DNA from: Lingula anatina
Lineage: Eukaryota; Animalia; Brachiopoda
NCBI GenBank assembly: GCA_051362555.1
Contig: CM120648.1
Span: 6,072,587 to 6,136,586, forward strand
DNA: 64,000 nt
Direction: 5' to 3'
This document shows, one piece after another, positions 37,489 through 50,010 of the stretch; the first letter of the stretch is position 1; every line of letters begins with the position of its first letter. The translations under genes were made by a program, and so were the position numbers. Under the pieces are notes generated by a model, which was not told where the DNA came from, searched no databases, and saw only the letters and a program-made list of their open reading frames with translations.

Positions 37489-39572
37489 ACACTGTTTTCA
37501 CTCTTTACCTAGCATCCAGTTTTGGCAATTAAAAGAAAGTCTTTATCAAGTGTTCCAAAAGATAAAAGAAATTAAATTTCCCCTTAAACACACCCTCATA
37601 CCCCCCCCCACCCCCCACCCACCAGAAATGAATAAATAAACTAAGAAATAAATAAATAAGAAAAAGGATTCAGCTCTCTTTAAATTTCCACAGAAACCAT
37701 TTCAAGGGCAGATTGTGGGAAAATTGGTGATTACATTAAAACCGTGTGAGAGGTGTGCCCACCGTGACATAGTGTGTGTTGTAACAGTCCCATTGTCCCT
37801 AACTCTACACCGTGACAGAGGTGGGACAACGCTGGATGCTGCACCATAGACAAAATGAAGTCGTGCGTAAAAGTTTAATACCAAAATTATAGCGTAGAAA
37901 ATTGCTTCCAACCGAAAAATACCCTGTCTATTGTGAATGGGTTTAGGAGTATTCTTCCTGAATAGAAACAAACGGCAATTGGCCTCAGCATTTAAAGAGG
38001 TTGACAACTGTAACAAGAAAGGAGTTGTAGCTGTGAAAAATTACTGCATGTCATGCTATGGAGAACGAGGCATGAAATTAAGCCCGAGAAAAAAATGTCT
38101 ACGCAGTAATACCTGTTGCTCTTGGATATAGGTAGTTTCAACATGAGAGGAAAAGGGGCACCACATTTGCTTATTAGTTTTTTCACATTTACTTTTAGTT
38201 CCAAGTGTTACGGGAGTATTAAAATCTCTGAAGCATATATTATACTTTCTAGATATATGTAATGGATTTAGTTGTTAATGCTTTGTTCCCGTTGAATTGC
38301 AAACTTAACGAACAGCTTTGCACCAGTTAATGAAAGCAGCAGGGCAGAGGGTACATGAAGAAGCAAGTAACTTAAAATTATGTTTTTAAGCAGTAAAAAA
38401 AGGACAATTCTAGGCTCCCATATTTTAAAACAACACAAATAAAAGTTTTTTTCTGAGAGAAAGAGAGAGAGAGATTATCACTGAAAAATAATATACATTT
38501 AGGAGCTTTATTGCCATTCTCTTATTTAATCTCTAAAGCCAGGAATGTGCCAGGCCCTTAAAGGCAAATCCAGTGGTGAATAAACTCCAGCCTGGTCACA
38601 CCTTGCCTCGACACACCTGAGCCGGGTGGTTAACACCCCGTAATCAGTTAAGCAGAACAGCCTGTCGGTGATGTAATATTACAATAGAGCAGGTAGAGTC
38701 TGGACCTCCAGGCAATGCTACCAAGGTGTGACGGCCACGTTCACACTGCTCTGTAACTTCATCAAGGTATGAAGCTTTAAGAAACCCTGTAGACATTAGA
38801 ATAAACATTTTAGTACTAGTATTATTTTTTTTATCTTAGATATATCAGTTTTAGTTTAGGTAAATGAAGCATTGCACCAACAGTATATTCTGATGGAAGA
38901 GAGTCTGTTTAGCATTGTCAGTCAGGTTTCAAAAGTTTGCATAGGAACCGAAGTAAAGTTCAAAATTTTCTCAAGCATTGGCTTATTTTTTATGCTAACG
39001 GTTACCCTAAATAAAGGACTATTTTAAGGTTTATTCCTTTAATTGAAGTAGTTCAGGATTTTGGTCCAAAAGAATCCGGTTTAAAATTCTTCTGAGAAAC
39101 TGTAATTATTTCGCTACACAAAAATGTGATATATATACTGTTTTATGAAAATCTACTTAACAAGCGTACCTGTTCCTTTGCTTAAAAACCTACATGCTAT
39201 GTTAGCAATTACTATAGGATTGAACTTCATTCTCCAAATGGTAACAACCCTCTTTTTTGGTCAATTTTGAGGTTTATTGACCGGTTCTATGTGGGAAAGA
39301 GAGAAAGTGCGGGATGGGATCGTTCCATGTGAATTGCCCCCCCCATTGTCACTGTATGTTTCACACATATGGCCAGGTAAATTGCATACCTGTGAAAGAT
39401 AATGTTAAGGATTTCTGGTTTCAAGAGGATTTTGTTGCAGGTGATTGAGAGAGATTTAAAGTTGAAAAATGGAAGGCTTCATTTGTGATTAGCGGTCTAG
39501 TGAACTCCATGGACCCTTCAGTGGCAGATGGAAAAAAAGGGAGATGGTATTTGAAATGGTTTTTATGCATTG

Positions 39573-39677
39573 ATGGCTCAAGGAAACTTCACACGCAGAT
39601 GGAAAAAGGGATGTAATAGTTTCAGGCTTATGGGGATGATACAGACTTTTACAAAAGAGTTCTGCTTGATGAGAAAA
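39573..39677 (+). CDS. Candidate first coding exon (MAQGNFTRRWKKGCNSFRLMGMIQTFTKEFCLMRK, phase 0)
   Basis: 35 open codons from ATG to AAA|GTGAGT. Confidence 0.28.
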
Positions 39678-41934
39678 GTGAGTAACAAAGAGAAAATGCC
39701 ATTGTAGTCAGGACCCAAGTTTCATGAAGTTTTAGTGGAACCTTAGTGTTCACTTTTAGACTGAAAGTTAGACACATGGATTACTTAAAAAAATGTGATA
39801 AATTAGTAGACTTAAGTTAAATAAAGAAACTTTCTGTGGGTCTTAAATATCAACCATTTTTACCTGTCTTCACAATTAATTATGTCGTCAAATACAGTTA
39901 GATTGACTTCTGCTGCCCCATGGTCAGAGTTAAGGCCAAATTTCACTTATTCTTTATTGCATTAGGATCCATTATACTGAGATTTTAGTAATTGTCATGG
40001 TAGAGATTTGCTCTGACTGCATGTTAAAAAATGGGAGCAGAATGGTATAAAGACTCTAATATGGACTCTAGGTAATGTCCCCACTTGTGTCATGTATTTT
40101 AATCTGTAGAAAAATTAGTGGCATATGCTAATGAAAATGTGTTTTAATCATTGTCAGAATACTTTATATATACAAGTAAGCGTTATCCATAAAAGCAACT
40201 TAAAGGACAAATACAGATGTATGAACTAGTAGTATAAGAGATGTAATAAACTGAAGGCTTCTGTACTAATGTATGATATACTGAACAGTTATAGGTCGAA
40301 GAAAAAAGAAGTAATAAAGAGCATATTTTTTTATTGTGAAAGATAAACTCTTGTAAAAGCTTTGGTTTTTAACAAATGAATTCTTGCAGTACCATATATA
40401 GTTATAAAAATATTCCTCTTTCCAATTTTGTTGGCTCTTGAATTGAACTGACTGTGAATTTCTTAAAGAAAAAAAAAGAAAGAAAAAAAATCGGACCTGT
40501 GTTGAACCCCTTTGCCATCTGCACAGTTCTTGTTGGCACTTGTTGTTAGAAAAAATATATCTTTAGCTTGGAGGTGGAGGTGTGTCTCACGAAAGTTTAT
40601 CCTTTATTTTCATTTTGTCAATAATGCCCTCTTTTATGCTCCTTTAATAATAGATGTAAGTGCACTATGTAAGTACTAAACTTATATTTTATGGTGCTTC
40701 ACTCCTTTCTGATATTTTGGTATGGCAGGTTAAAACTAATGCTAAATGAAGTACTGTACATCTGCCAAAAATGGGTGTGATTAAGAAGGGTAAAAAGCAA
40801 TAAACTTTGAGAATGATCAGCAAACTTTAAATTCAGAACATAGATATACCAAAAAAGCTAGAAAAAACTGCAAACGTTTACCCAAATGTTTAGTGAAAAA
40901 ATAGGGGGTGGCATGAGAATTATATTAATGAAATGTTTGCAAATATCCTGTTCAGGACTTCAGAGAGAGAGAGAGAGAGAGAGATGGAGGTAGAGCAGGC
41001 CTAAGGAAGAATAAAAGGAGAGAGAGAGGTGGAGAAGAAGGGGAAAGAAAAGAGATAGGCAGAAAAGAGAGAAAAGAATCAACTGTCAATTAAAAGATAT
41101 AAAAAAAGAAAAAAATACATTCAGTTCATTTCTTGCTCTCTTTCTCTCTCTCTCTTTCTCTCTTACTGTCTATACTGCTTTCCCTTTTCTCCCTTCTCTC
41201 TCTCTCTCCTTTTATAAAAACATGTAAATTCCATTATCATTAAGCTCCACCTCTCCCTGTGTTTTAGATTACCCCCACCCTACCCCACCTGCCCACTAAA
41301 CATTTACATATACATAAATATACATATTATTTCATTTTCAGTCAGTGGTGAGGTCAAATATGTTCAGTGTTATTATGTTAGGGCGTGTTAACAGGTCATG
41401 GCAGTGAGGCGTAAGATGGGATGATGTCATATTAGCTTCAGGGCAATCAGCCTGCTTAATCAACCTTGTAGAAAATCAAACCTTAGCTTATTGTGAGGTG
41501 TGAAAAGCGACATTTGAAAGAGCTCTTTTGGATTATTGCATTGTCCCTTCCAGGATCGATATAAACACATGCCCTTGCGAGGAAGAAACGCGGGGAGGAA
41601 AGATGAAAAAAGTTGTCTGTCTTGGTTATGCTGAAACATGAGAACAGATTGTTGATTGTAATCAAATATGGTGTTGTGTATCAGAATTTATAAAACCTGC
41701 ATTAATATCTATGTGAGAGAAACACCCTTTGTGGCTCACTTGTGCCGCAGTCAGTTTGAGGGAATTATATCCCCTTAGCCTCTGCTGCTCTGTGGCCACC
41801 TTTCTGCAAGGAGAACACAATGGCGATGAAGCCATGCATGATGTTTTTTCCACTTCACCAGTCAGGTGTGAAAGGGTCAAACAGTGTGCGTGACAGTTGA
41901 ATAGGAGGGAAGACATGTGCCTAATTGTTGAAAA

Positions 41935-42018
41935 ATGAATGCCTCACGAAGGAGGGAACTTTTGTTTAGGACTGATTGTATGAAGCACGTACTGGATCCT
42001 TCTCCCTTACCCCTCAGG
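41935..42018 (+). CDS. Candidate first coding exon (MNASRRRELLFRTDCMKHVLDPSPLPLR, phase 0)
   Basis: AAAATG context; 28 codons to AGG|GTATGA; TATAAAA at about 41689 upstream. Confidence 0.28.
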
Positions 42019-43007
42019 GTATGAGTCTATAAGAAACCACAAACCGAGAAGTTTTGCACCAAAATTTGTGTTTTTGTATTATTTCCCCTATGTGCTTCTC
42101 AGTTAACCGTGTCTATCTTGGAGTTCAGACTTGAAGGCTTGAGACAATAATGTACGAATTGAATATAGTAACTCGATATCACGGTTCAGGCTCAGTCACG
42201 CCTGGCGTGGTGTGATCAATAGTCTGTGGCACGTTCCTCTTGCCTTACGAACCTGTCTCGCAATAATACAGTCAACCACCACAAATACAACATGATAATG
42301 CATGCGCCGTAGGTTGATCATGGAAGGCCATGCGAGTCGTGCTTTACGTGCATGTTCAGGTGGCCATTGGCAGAAAACCCACTGTCAGGTAAACATATTC
42401 TGGGCCTCCTCACCTGATGATCTCAAACAAAATATGAAATGAGACTCATTGATCAACCACATTGACTGGCCATATCGTAATCAGGTAGTGAAAAAAAATG
42501 AAAAAATATTCAGATCCCGGGGCCCCTTGTTTGTTCCTTGCTTAAAAAATTCGGACTATAAGATTGTTGAAAAAATAATAAAACATTTAAATCATTCATA
42601 TTCCTTGGCCGCAGTGTGGGTATTCTTCCTCTGTTTGGGGGTAGTCAATGCCAAATGGAGCATAACCATTGTAGCACTCTGGAATAGCTGGCGCATGATT
42701 CATTTATCTATTATACGACAAACACCAAACGACTCGCACGTATCGTACATTTAGAAGGATTGTTGAAGCCTTAGTAGCCGTGCAAAGGTAAAAAAATATA
42801 CATTTATTTATGGACAGATAGTATGAGCTGATGCTGATTAGTGTAAGTGCGGTGATTAAAAAAAATTCGCCAAGGTTTCATGCATGCATGTTATGTAGAG
42901 AGGTTATTAGAGAGATTCAGCATGCCTAGTAACAAGACTTTTAAAGGTGTCGACAGCAGCTTGTAAATGTAAATCGTGAACAAGATGTGGTTGTTAATGA
43001 GGCTTCC

Positions 43008-43033
43008 ATGCTCTTGTTGAGAAAAGCAACGAG
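43008..43033 (+). CDS. Candidate first coding exon end (MLLLRKAT, phase 2)
   Basis: Consensus donor GAG|GTAAGT; ATG at 43008 in frame. Confidence 0.35.
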
Positions 43034-45330
43034 GTAAGTGACATGCTATTACTGTCACTGGAGTTGGAGAAGAGAGTTGAGGGGCAAAAGAAGCGCTGAT
43101 ATTTACCGATGACTGGACTGATTTTGGCCACAATTATTTCACAGAGGAAGAGCTGCAGATGAGAATTTACAGTCAGTAGAGGTTTGAATGATACTTGTTC
43201 CTTTTTTTATATACTGGTACCCTATTTTTTATTTTTTTTATGGACAAGAACTTACTTTAACCATTGGTATTGAGGTTTCCTCTTCCTGAAGAGAGATAGG
43301 ACTGGTGGTGGGGGTGGGGGATGAGCAGGGGGTGGGGGAGGGGTTAAGAGAGAGTATCATGAGGGGTGAGTGGACAGAAGCATTTTTGACAGTAATTTTC
43401 TTTGGATTCAGAATATTTTTTGTATGCCAGAATTTTAAAATTTAGAAAAGCAGTGTAAATGATAAAAACATCTTGCCTGGTTGACTGCGGGTATACTGTA
43501 GATGGGAAAATAAATATCCCAAATTTTACTTTCTCAAAAAAAAAAAAAGTATAATTTGGCCAAATTTTACTGAATACTACTGAATAATGGCTTATATGCA
43601 CATTAAGATGACTTTTAATAGATAGATAACTTTGAATCAAATCCATTTACAAAGTCAAATTCAAAAGAAGAAAATGCATATTTGACTTATTGAAAAACTC
43701 CAAAATTTCAATTTTTTTACCCTTCCTTCCTCTCACCCTTTATTAAAATAAAGTTATTTTCAGCAGGCTCTTGCTTTGATCTGAGTCAGCAATTTTTACT
43801 GAAGTTATTGACATTTTATTTTAAAATATGGCCTCTGTTAAGTAATGTGAGCACATGTGTGAGCTAAAATATTGATAAAACTTTGTAACTTAGCCAGGCA
43901 CTATTTTGTCCTAGATATAGAATATAAGAATATTTTATTGCTAGATATTTTGCATTTTATAATTTTTTTCTCCCAAAATTACTGATGGAGAAAATGACCA
44001 GCTTGCTCTTTTCTTTTGATCACACTTATTTAAAGTTTTCAGTTTTTGCCAAAATTTCTATTTGTTAGCCTGACCTCAAGATAATTTCAGCTACAGTTCA
44101 GACATTTCCTATCACTTTACACGCGTATCTTGTTTTTGGATTATAATGATACATAGGTAGGCAAAAATGTCAATTTAGTAAATCAGATTTTACCAAGGAA
44201 TTTGACAATTTATTTGAGGTTCTCTTATTTAAGTAGCATCATGAAGAAAGCGGGTGACTAAAAGTGTTTTTCTTTAAGATAAAATTGTTAGAAATTCTTT
44301 AAAATGAAAATATTTCTGTAAAATGGAAAGCTAAATTCTGGATACACACTATGTTGTAAATGAAAAAAAATTGTAGAAGTATTTATTTATTTTTATTTAT
44401 TTTACATGCATTAACCCGCCTCTAAGACCACTTGCTAAAATATTGAATGAAGGACTAGTTTTGAATACAGGATATTTCTAAGTTGTTGGTCTAAACAAAC
44501 TAGTGAAAGTGTTAGCAGTTAGTTATTATTTATTTTTATGATCTGTAATTATCAGTTTTGGACTCAATTAACTTTAATAATGTCCACTACCCTTCTTGGG
44601 TTGAAAATGTTTAAAATAGAGACAGATTTGTCGGTCAAAAACTGTCTGGAAATTCATATCACTTGACTTGGGTTCACTTTTCCCGATGATATAATCCAAG
44701 TTCATTCACCTGTATTTTCAGCATTATTATGTTTCATGTGTAAGTACCACAAGACCTGTAATTTGTGCCTACTTGTCAAGTATTAAGTAGTTTCCATTCG
44801 TTTTTGTGATGATACCAGCTTTGTACAGTTTTTTTTTTTTTTTCAGCAAGGTTTCTTGGTAACGAAATATACAAAGACATCTTGCTATACATACTACATT
44901 GTACATCGCATGTTAAAAAATATATAATAGGGAATAAATATATATATATATACATAAAGTATTTGTTCAAGAAAAAAGTGTAAAAAAGAAAATGCGATAG
45001 GTTGTACACATTCAGAAGGACAAGGGGTTTGTGCCAGGAAATATATGGTTTGTTTAGTGCTAATAATGCCTATTTGCTACAAATTTTCCGAAAAAAAATT
45101 TAATGCAGTACAATATATTTTTAGGTAATGAGCAAGCAATCGATGAAACATGATTATTTATTTTTATTATTATTTTTTTTAATTTATCCTAAAATAGCTA
45201 TGCAAAATTGAATGGAAGTTTTAAAAGCAGCACTTTTAAAGCTTTTGGTTTGATTTTTTTAGAAAGTTAATGTGATTTGATAAAATGTGTTGATGTAGGT
45301 AAAGGCTGATACAGAGACCTGCAAAAGTTA

Positions 45331-45540
45331 AAAGTTGAAATTCAGATCCTTTGAAAAAGTAGAAATTTAAATCTTTTGACATGTTGAACTTCAGATCCTT
45401 TGAAAGTTGAAATTCAGATCCTTGGAAAAGTTGAAATTCGGATCCTTTGAAAGTTGAATTTCAGATCCTTGGAAAAATTGAAATTCAGATTCTTTGAAAA
45501 GTTAAAATTTAGGCCCTTAGACAATTAAAATACAGATCCA
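45331..45540. repeat. 22-24 bp tandem repeat, about 9 diverged copies
   Basis: Unit about AAAGTTGAAATTCAGATCCTTTG. Confidence 0.9.
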
Positions 45541-46038
45541 ATATAGGATAATGTGCATTATTCTTTTTCAGTGGGTTTCTCTATTTTAAATCATGGCATC
45601 CTATTGGAAGGTTTTATAAAGCATGTGCGGCAGCATATTATTCTTTACCTGTTTTGTACCGACCACTGTATAAGTTTTCGTGATATCATTAACATCTAAT
45701 GACCACAGTGTGATTAAGACTGATTGTAACCTCTTTCCTGCGGAAAAGATTTTAGGGACTTGAAAACTAGTAATTGGGTTGATCAAGTCTGAGTGTGACG
45801 GCTAATCCACTAGTACAGGGCTGGGTGAAAGTTGCTATTTACATCAGGGCTTTTGAATTTTTTTTCTCTTCTCGAATTCTGGATAAATCTGCTGCACGTA
45901 GTTAACTACAGTTGAGTCTAAAACAATAAGCCGTTCCTGGGAAACTAATCCATTTAAGGGGACTTCTACGGATGTTTCTTGTGTCAAAGTAGCATAAAGA
46001 TTTGGGGACTTAACTAACTGTGAATGTTAAGTCAGTTA

Positions 46039-46073
46039 ATGGGAGTGGTCATTAGCATCTTTTTTCCTGAGTG
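46039..46073 (+). CDS. Weak candidate first coding exon (MGVVISIFFPE, phase 2)
   Basis: ATG at 46039 (in-frame ATG also at 46024) open to GTG|GTAATT. The competing donor TGC|GTAAGT at 46087 would make this a uORF. Confidence 0.22.
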
Positions 46074-46510
46074 GTAATTGGACTGCGTAAGTGTTAACTG
46101 ACAGGTGTGTGTTCTTGAGAAATAAATGCATTTATGTCATTTTTTTTTTTTTTTTTCATTTTTGAAAGACCTCATACTTGAATATATTCAAAGGTTTTAC
46201 TTTTTGATTAATATTGAAATAGAAATTGGAGTTGGTTACTATTTCTTTTTATATCTATATCTAAATTTATCTATCTGTGTGTATGTGTGTGTGTCAAATA
46301 GATAATTAAATACCACAAACAAAAAGAATCCTTCATTCATATTTTTTGCCAATTCTCACAATAAAGACAACTTTTGTTAATAGGGCTTTTCTGCCTTCTC
46401 TTTTTAAATGATTTGAATAAAAAAAACTGAAAAAAAAACAGTTAAGAAGTTGAACTAGATAAAAAATATATATGTATAAAATGTACATTAAAATTTTTTT
46501 TTTTTTTCAG

Positions 46511-46526
46511 AATATGACTAAATTAG
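46511..46526 (+). other. Candidate 16-nt micro-exon containing an ATG (MTKL, phase 1)
   Basis: (T)14cag|AATATGACTAAATTAG|gtgtgt. Confidence 0.25.
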
Positions 46527-47379
46527 GTGTGTGATATACAACAATTTTTTACACTGTTGATTTTATGACGCATGGATGCAGGCTTCTTTTATACAATCAA
46601 ATGTGATTTACAAGCACCAAAGGCCCTGTAACCCCCTCACCTTCTCTTTATATATCAATCGATTAACTAACACATCTATAGGCATGTGTTCTCATCTTTG
46701 AAGCCAGTCATATCTGCTGGTAAGAGTAAAAAGTTTTTCACTGATGTATGTCAAACTTCTCGGCAGCTAAAAATAATGCTCTGTGGATTTATGCAACTGA
46801 CATTTTAGGGAAAAAATTGTTTGTTGGAAAATGTCTCATTAGTTGTCTTTTTATAGATAAGATTTGTACAAAATACCTTCCTTTTCTCAGCCTTTGTTTA
46901 TTAAAAAAAAAGTCACCTCCTCCTAAAATGCTCATTAGCTGTGAAAGGATGGATATGTATTCTTCTTAATAAAGTAATTTAGATACAAATTTGTTACATG
47001 TTTTAGTGTGTGTTTTAGGTTCTAAAGAAAAGCATGACCATTAACTTTTTGTATGATTTGTGTAGGACGTGGCCTTTGTCATATTTGTAATATTACATTT
47101 TCTTTTAGTATCAGCAGAATTTAGTAAAATCTGCCTAAAATGGTTTATAGCATTTTTGAATGTTTTTTCCCCATAAGTTCTATTGAATGATTTTTTTCAT
47201 GTCATTAAATTTTTTTTTAAATGCAAGTCTCCAGGATGAAATTTGCACCCAGTGGCATTTGGAGACCGTATAGATACAAAGCAGTTACCACGTGCTGTTA
47301 TGACATAGTCAAACACAGCATAGAATTCTTAAGGATAGTTGGAAAGCATTCAATACAAAGAGTCCCGAGCTATCTGAAA

Positions 47380-48130
47380 AGTGGCAATACCCCGGAAGCG
47401 GCCTGGGATGGCAAAACTTTTTTAACGTCGTTGAAAGCAATTTTCATGCTTGGTTTCGTTCAAGTCCAATATCGATGCTTGCCGCTTCGTAGCCTCACGC
47501 ATCAGTTGGTGTGGATAATTGCTCGCATTGACAGAGCTGCGGCGCTATGGTCGTTCGCTGCTAATGCGTAACCGTTTCGGCAGGTGATAGAGAAAACATA
47601 CTATTGTCATAATAGACAGAAGAACGGGTCGAAGGTTTGAATATATAAAGATGTACTTAGGTTTCCCTCTAGAAGTGTAATTTATTCTGTTGTGTACCGA
47701 GGCTTTGAGTTTTTAAGGTCCTTGATATGGTGTCATTATAAAACCATTTCAATACGCAATCAAAAGCTATACATGCTACGCATCAATTTTATTGAATGTT
47801 CTCAGGACAAACAAGGGCAAAGAATTTGTTTGAATTTCGATCCCGAGGCACCCGCAGGCCGACCAGGTGTGCGAGTCAGCTCAGATAGACAGCGGCCCTC
47901 TGCTACTCCTGACCTCTGACCAAGCGAACAAAACGAAAATATATTTAAGAAAAAGAAATCTATTTCTGCACAGCCTCCCAACACCCCTTCTTTTCATAAG
48001 ATCACATTTGCACAGAATGAGTGTAGTTTACGGACCAACTTTAGATCTGCGCAGGTATTGTTTATTTTTGTCACGGCGTAAACACTTCAGTGACTTTTAT
48101 CTCCGCACACCTGCGTGCCTTTTGTCCCTG
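47380..48130 (+). promoter_or_regulatory. CpG-rich promoter-like region
   Basis: Dense CpG; Ets-type CCGGAAG at about 47392; Inr-like TCAGTT at 47502; donors CAG|GTGATA (47584) and CAG|GTATTG (48055). Confidence 0.5.
48017..48054 (+). CDS. Candidate first coding exon (MSVVYGPTLDLR, phase 2)
   Basis: AGAATG context; 12 codons plus AG, then |GTATTG; inside a CpG-rich patch. Confidence 0.38.
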
Positions 48131-49966
48131 TCAGGGTTTTAGGGACTTCAACATAAACAATTGCCTGCAAGGCCGACCAGAGAGAGATATTGTAAAAAAA
48201 AAAAGAAAGAATTTTAACATTCTAAAATATCTACAGGAAATGTATGTAGATAATCTGAGAAGACCAATTCCATCTCTTTATCCCGAATCCATAAAACAAA
48301 TAAAGGTTGCAGTTATCAAATTATTTTTCAAAAAAAGCTAGCAGTGTGCAGGGGTGCAGAGCCTGGATGTAAAATTATAAAGCCCCTTTTGTTAGCTTTA
48401 CATTCATTGAAGCGTAGCATTGTGAACCGTAAAGGTGAAGGTCATAAAGGGTGTAGGAAGAATGTATGGCAATGTATAGAAAATCAAAAACAAACACAAA
48501 AAGGGAGCTAGCCTTACAGAGCAACAGTCTGTATTGACTCTTTATTCTTGTTGCTCTGTGCTTGAGCTGCAGTCACGGTCACGCTTTAACAGATTCAGAT
48601 GCAGGCATCAATAATACAGAAAGCAGGGGCTTTGTTTGTTCAGTCTCGGTTCATTGATTTTTCAATGAAGGCCTAGATTGCATAAGGTCTGAGTAGGAGT
48701 AGATCTGTTTCTGTCTGTGTCTGTCTGTGTCTGTGTGTGTGTGTCAGAGAAATGGTTTATCGTCCTGTGCGCAGTCATGCGTTAGGAGCGTTCTGTATGG
48801 GATATTCTTGGCTCCACACCAGCGCAACGCCAATCAGTCAATACATGTCCTATTCAGGGCAACAACCGAGGTACACATGCCCTCGCCCTCCATCGATCGC
48901 ACCCTGAATGAGCCGGGTTTTTCTTTTTTATCTGAACAAGAATGCATGTTCCGACCGTGGACTCAGGGGAGCACGGATGTTTTTCACTTTGTGGTGGTGT
49001 TGTGACTGGAGAGGCTATTTTATGAGTGATTGCAGTGGTTTGTGATATCAACGCATCTTTGTGAGCCTTGTCTCCTCTAACACAATCAGTCATTGTGCTG
49101 CATTCCTTGGAATAATCTGCCCTTTCATAATCTTGTGGCATATCTCTACAGGTTTTGTTTTTATCTAGAGATTTAAATTTGGTAAAAGAAAAGAGATAGA
49201 TGTTTTCATCTTGAATTTTACCTCTTTTTCTTAAAGCATCAGAATATATGCAATGATATAGTATATAGTGAAAGCTCACCAAGTTAAAATTCAGTTGTTT
49301 TGAAAACAATCCTGCAAGTGAGGACCTCACTACTGCCCTCTGGTGTGTAATTGGTTTCCTGGTTTTCATTTTTATCGAGGCTTTGACAGCAACTATTTTA
49401 GACTATCTACAGGCAATTAATTCCTTTCTTTACAATTTAATATTACTTTTTTAAGCCTCTGATATGGCTGTTTTGTACATGAGAATAGAAGGTTGATATT
49501 CTGGCGACACCTGGTGACACCTTTGAATATATAAAGGTATTTCTCCTCTGCTGTGTGATTTCCACTATTGTTTGTTTTCTTTATTTCAAAATATAATTAG
49601 CACATTCAGCAAATCTATTTAACAAAGGGTTCTAAAGGTTCGGGAGCAGGAAATGGTTCACATTTTCACCCCTCAGGGCAGGATTTTTTTTTAAATAATT
49701 TTTTTTTCTTTTGTATTAAGTAAGTTTAAAATCCTAAAGGGTAGAGATATCTCTTGTTTCTTTACTTTTCATTTATTAATTTGATTAGTAAGTTAATTAT
49801 TTTTATTGTGGTAAGCACCTCATATTTCTACGAGTAGATTTCTCCTTTACATAGAAATAATGATATTAACAGTGTCATCCCAAAAAGATAGATTAATGAA
49901 ATAAAGAACAAGAGCAAATAATAAAGTATTAAATTATTAAATTATTAATTTTTTTTTTCTCTCTAG

Positions 49967-50010
49967 GTTGCCAATCTCATCCAAGATCCCATATCCACTG
50001 ACCTAGAAAT
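49967..50010 (+). other. 44-nt internal exon (phase 0 to 2 open frame VANLIQDPISTDLE, or 5'UTR ending in AT)
   Basis: Strong acceptor ttttttttttctctctag| and donor AAT|GTAAGT within very AT-rich flanks. Confidence 0.6.

Noticed and set aside
48854-49369. 171-aa minus-strand ORF
   Set aside because: No homology recognised, intron-like composition, and antisense to the inferred transcription unit.
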